DNA of 64,000 bases, from contig NC_043002.1 in assembly GCF_006345805.1 (NCBI RefSeq), positions 67,270,001 through 67,334,000 of the forward strand, in the 5' to 3' direction. Position numbers and translations under genes: made by a program. The DNA comes from Octopus sinensis. Lineage: Eukaryota. Below the pieces are notes generated by a model, which did no database searches, was not told where the DNA came from, and saw only the letters and a list, made by a program, of their open reading frames with translations. The number at the start of each line of letters is the position of its first letter. The first letter of the stretch is position 1. Shown here one piece after another: positions 63,358 through 64,000 of this stretch.

Positions 63358-64000
63358 TTTATATTCGACATTTTAATTTAGCCGCGTGCCTACATAAGTT
63401 CATTAACTCACTTCTTTGATTCAAAGAATTATTGTCTTTGAATAAGATGTGCATTTTCTCTAATAAGCAAGCTTGCACTTGAAATTATATTTGTAAGCTC
63501 CATGTCTGTATGGTGCCGCCCTGTCCAGAATGCTCCATGTCACGTTGAAAGGGGGGCTTCCTTTTCTTTTAGTTCCCAGACATATTTTGCTAGGCTGGTT
63601 TTCTTCCTATTCTCTGGGTATTTAAAAAGAATTCTTATGAGAATAAAATCTTGTTTTAAATGAATTTTCTGAAGCCCCTGTGTATGTCTTGTATTCCGAT
63701 GAGCCTTCCACTTGCACCTTGGCTCTATAAACTACTCCTTTCACTAGACATTTCCCTTCTAACGGACAGAGCTCTCGTTTTTGAAATTACATTTCTTAAT
63801 GGGCTCGGCACCATGTCTAATCTCAATTAGCTTCCTATTATTTGGCTAATGTAAGAGGCGAATTTCTCTGCAACAAGAATAGCTAACCTTCAGGGTTCTT
63901 CTATTAAATATTCTGTAGAATTTATGACCCTGCTTAAAATGCTTAGAGACTAATCTCAAAAATCCCTTACCTATATTAGTCTTTACGGGCCAAATTGAAA
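63358..64000 (-). mobile_element. Penelope-like element C-terminus (GIY-YIG endonuclease), probably Naiad-type; continues beyond the window
   Basis: KTNIGKGFLRLVSKHF..HKFYRIFNRRTLKVSYSC / CN....CPLEGKCLVKGVVYRAKV...KTYTGASENSFKTRFYSHKNSF / TSLAKYVWELK...VTWSIL / LNQRSELMNLCRH; frameshifts present. Confidence 0.85.

Noticed and set aside
63700-63800. Selenocysteine-encoding PLE
   Set aside because: Cys positions are TGT or mutated; no in-frame TGA at these sites in this copy.

Overview
Repeat-saturated, AT-rich animal genomic DNA, not prokaryotic. The SINE families and extreme microsatellite density fit a coleoid cephalopod (Octopus-like); this is an inference from pattern recognition, not a database search. 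Almost every ORF in the supplied track is a translated microsatellite or the antisense of a repeat. Protein-coding remnants of mobile elements: a Tx1/L1-type LINE 3' end (1-1113), an RTE fragment (~11.7 kb), a Hero/NeSL-like and an R4/Dong-like restriction-endonuclease LINE fragment (~20.3-21.0 kb and ~29.8-30.35 kb), two mariner elements (17.3 kb, 41.7-43.0 kb) and several Penelope-like elements (PLEs: 38.7-40.8 kb, 59.4-59.8 kb, 63.4-64.0 kb). There are also piggyBac, hAT, Tigger-like and Helitron-like non-autonomous elements and dozens of tRNA-derived SINEs in about four families. The only good host-gene signal is a minus-strand, TATA-preceded first coding exon encoding a signal peptide (61269-61329), possibly followed by an 8-nt micro-exon. 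The most interesting pattern is a set of minimal type-I hammerhead ribozyme (HHR) motifs in several unrelated non-coding repeats. One sits in a tRNA-headed SINE whose 5' end is duplicated as an inverted hairpin (36271-36555), suggesting a SINE mobilised by Penelope-like machinery. An N gap lies at 60550-60650. All coordinates were counted by hand; the ends of degenerate repeats are approximate.
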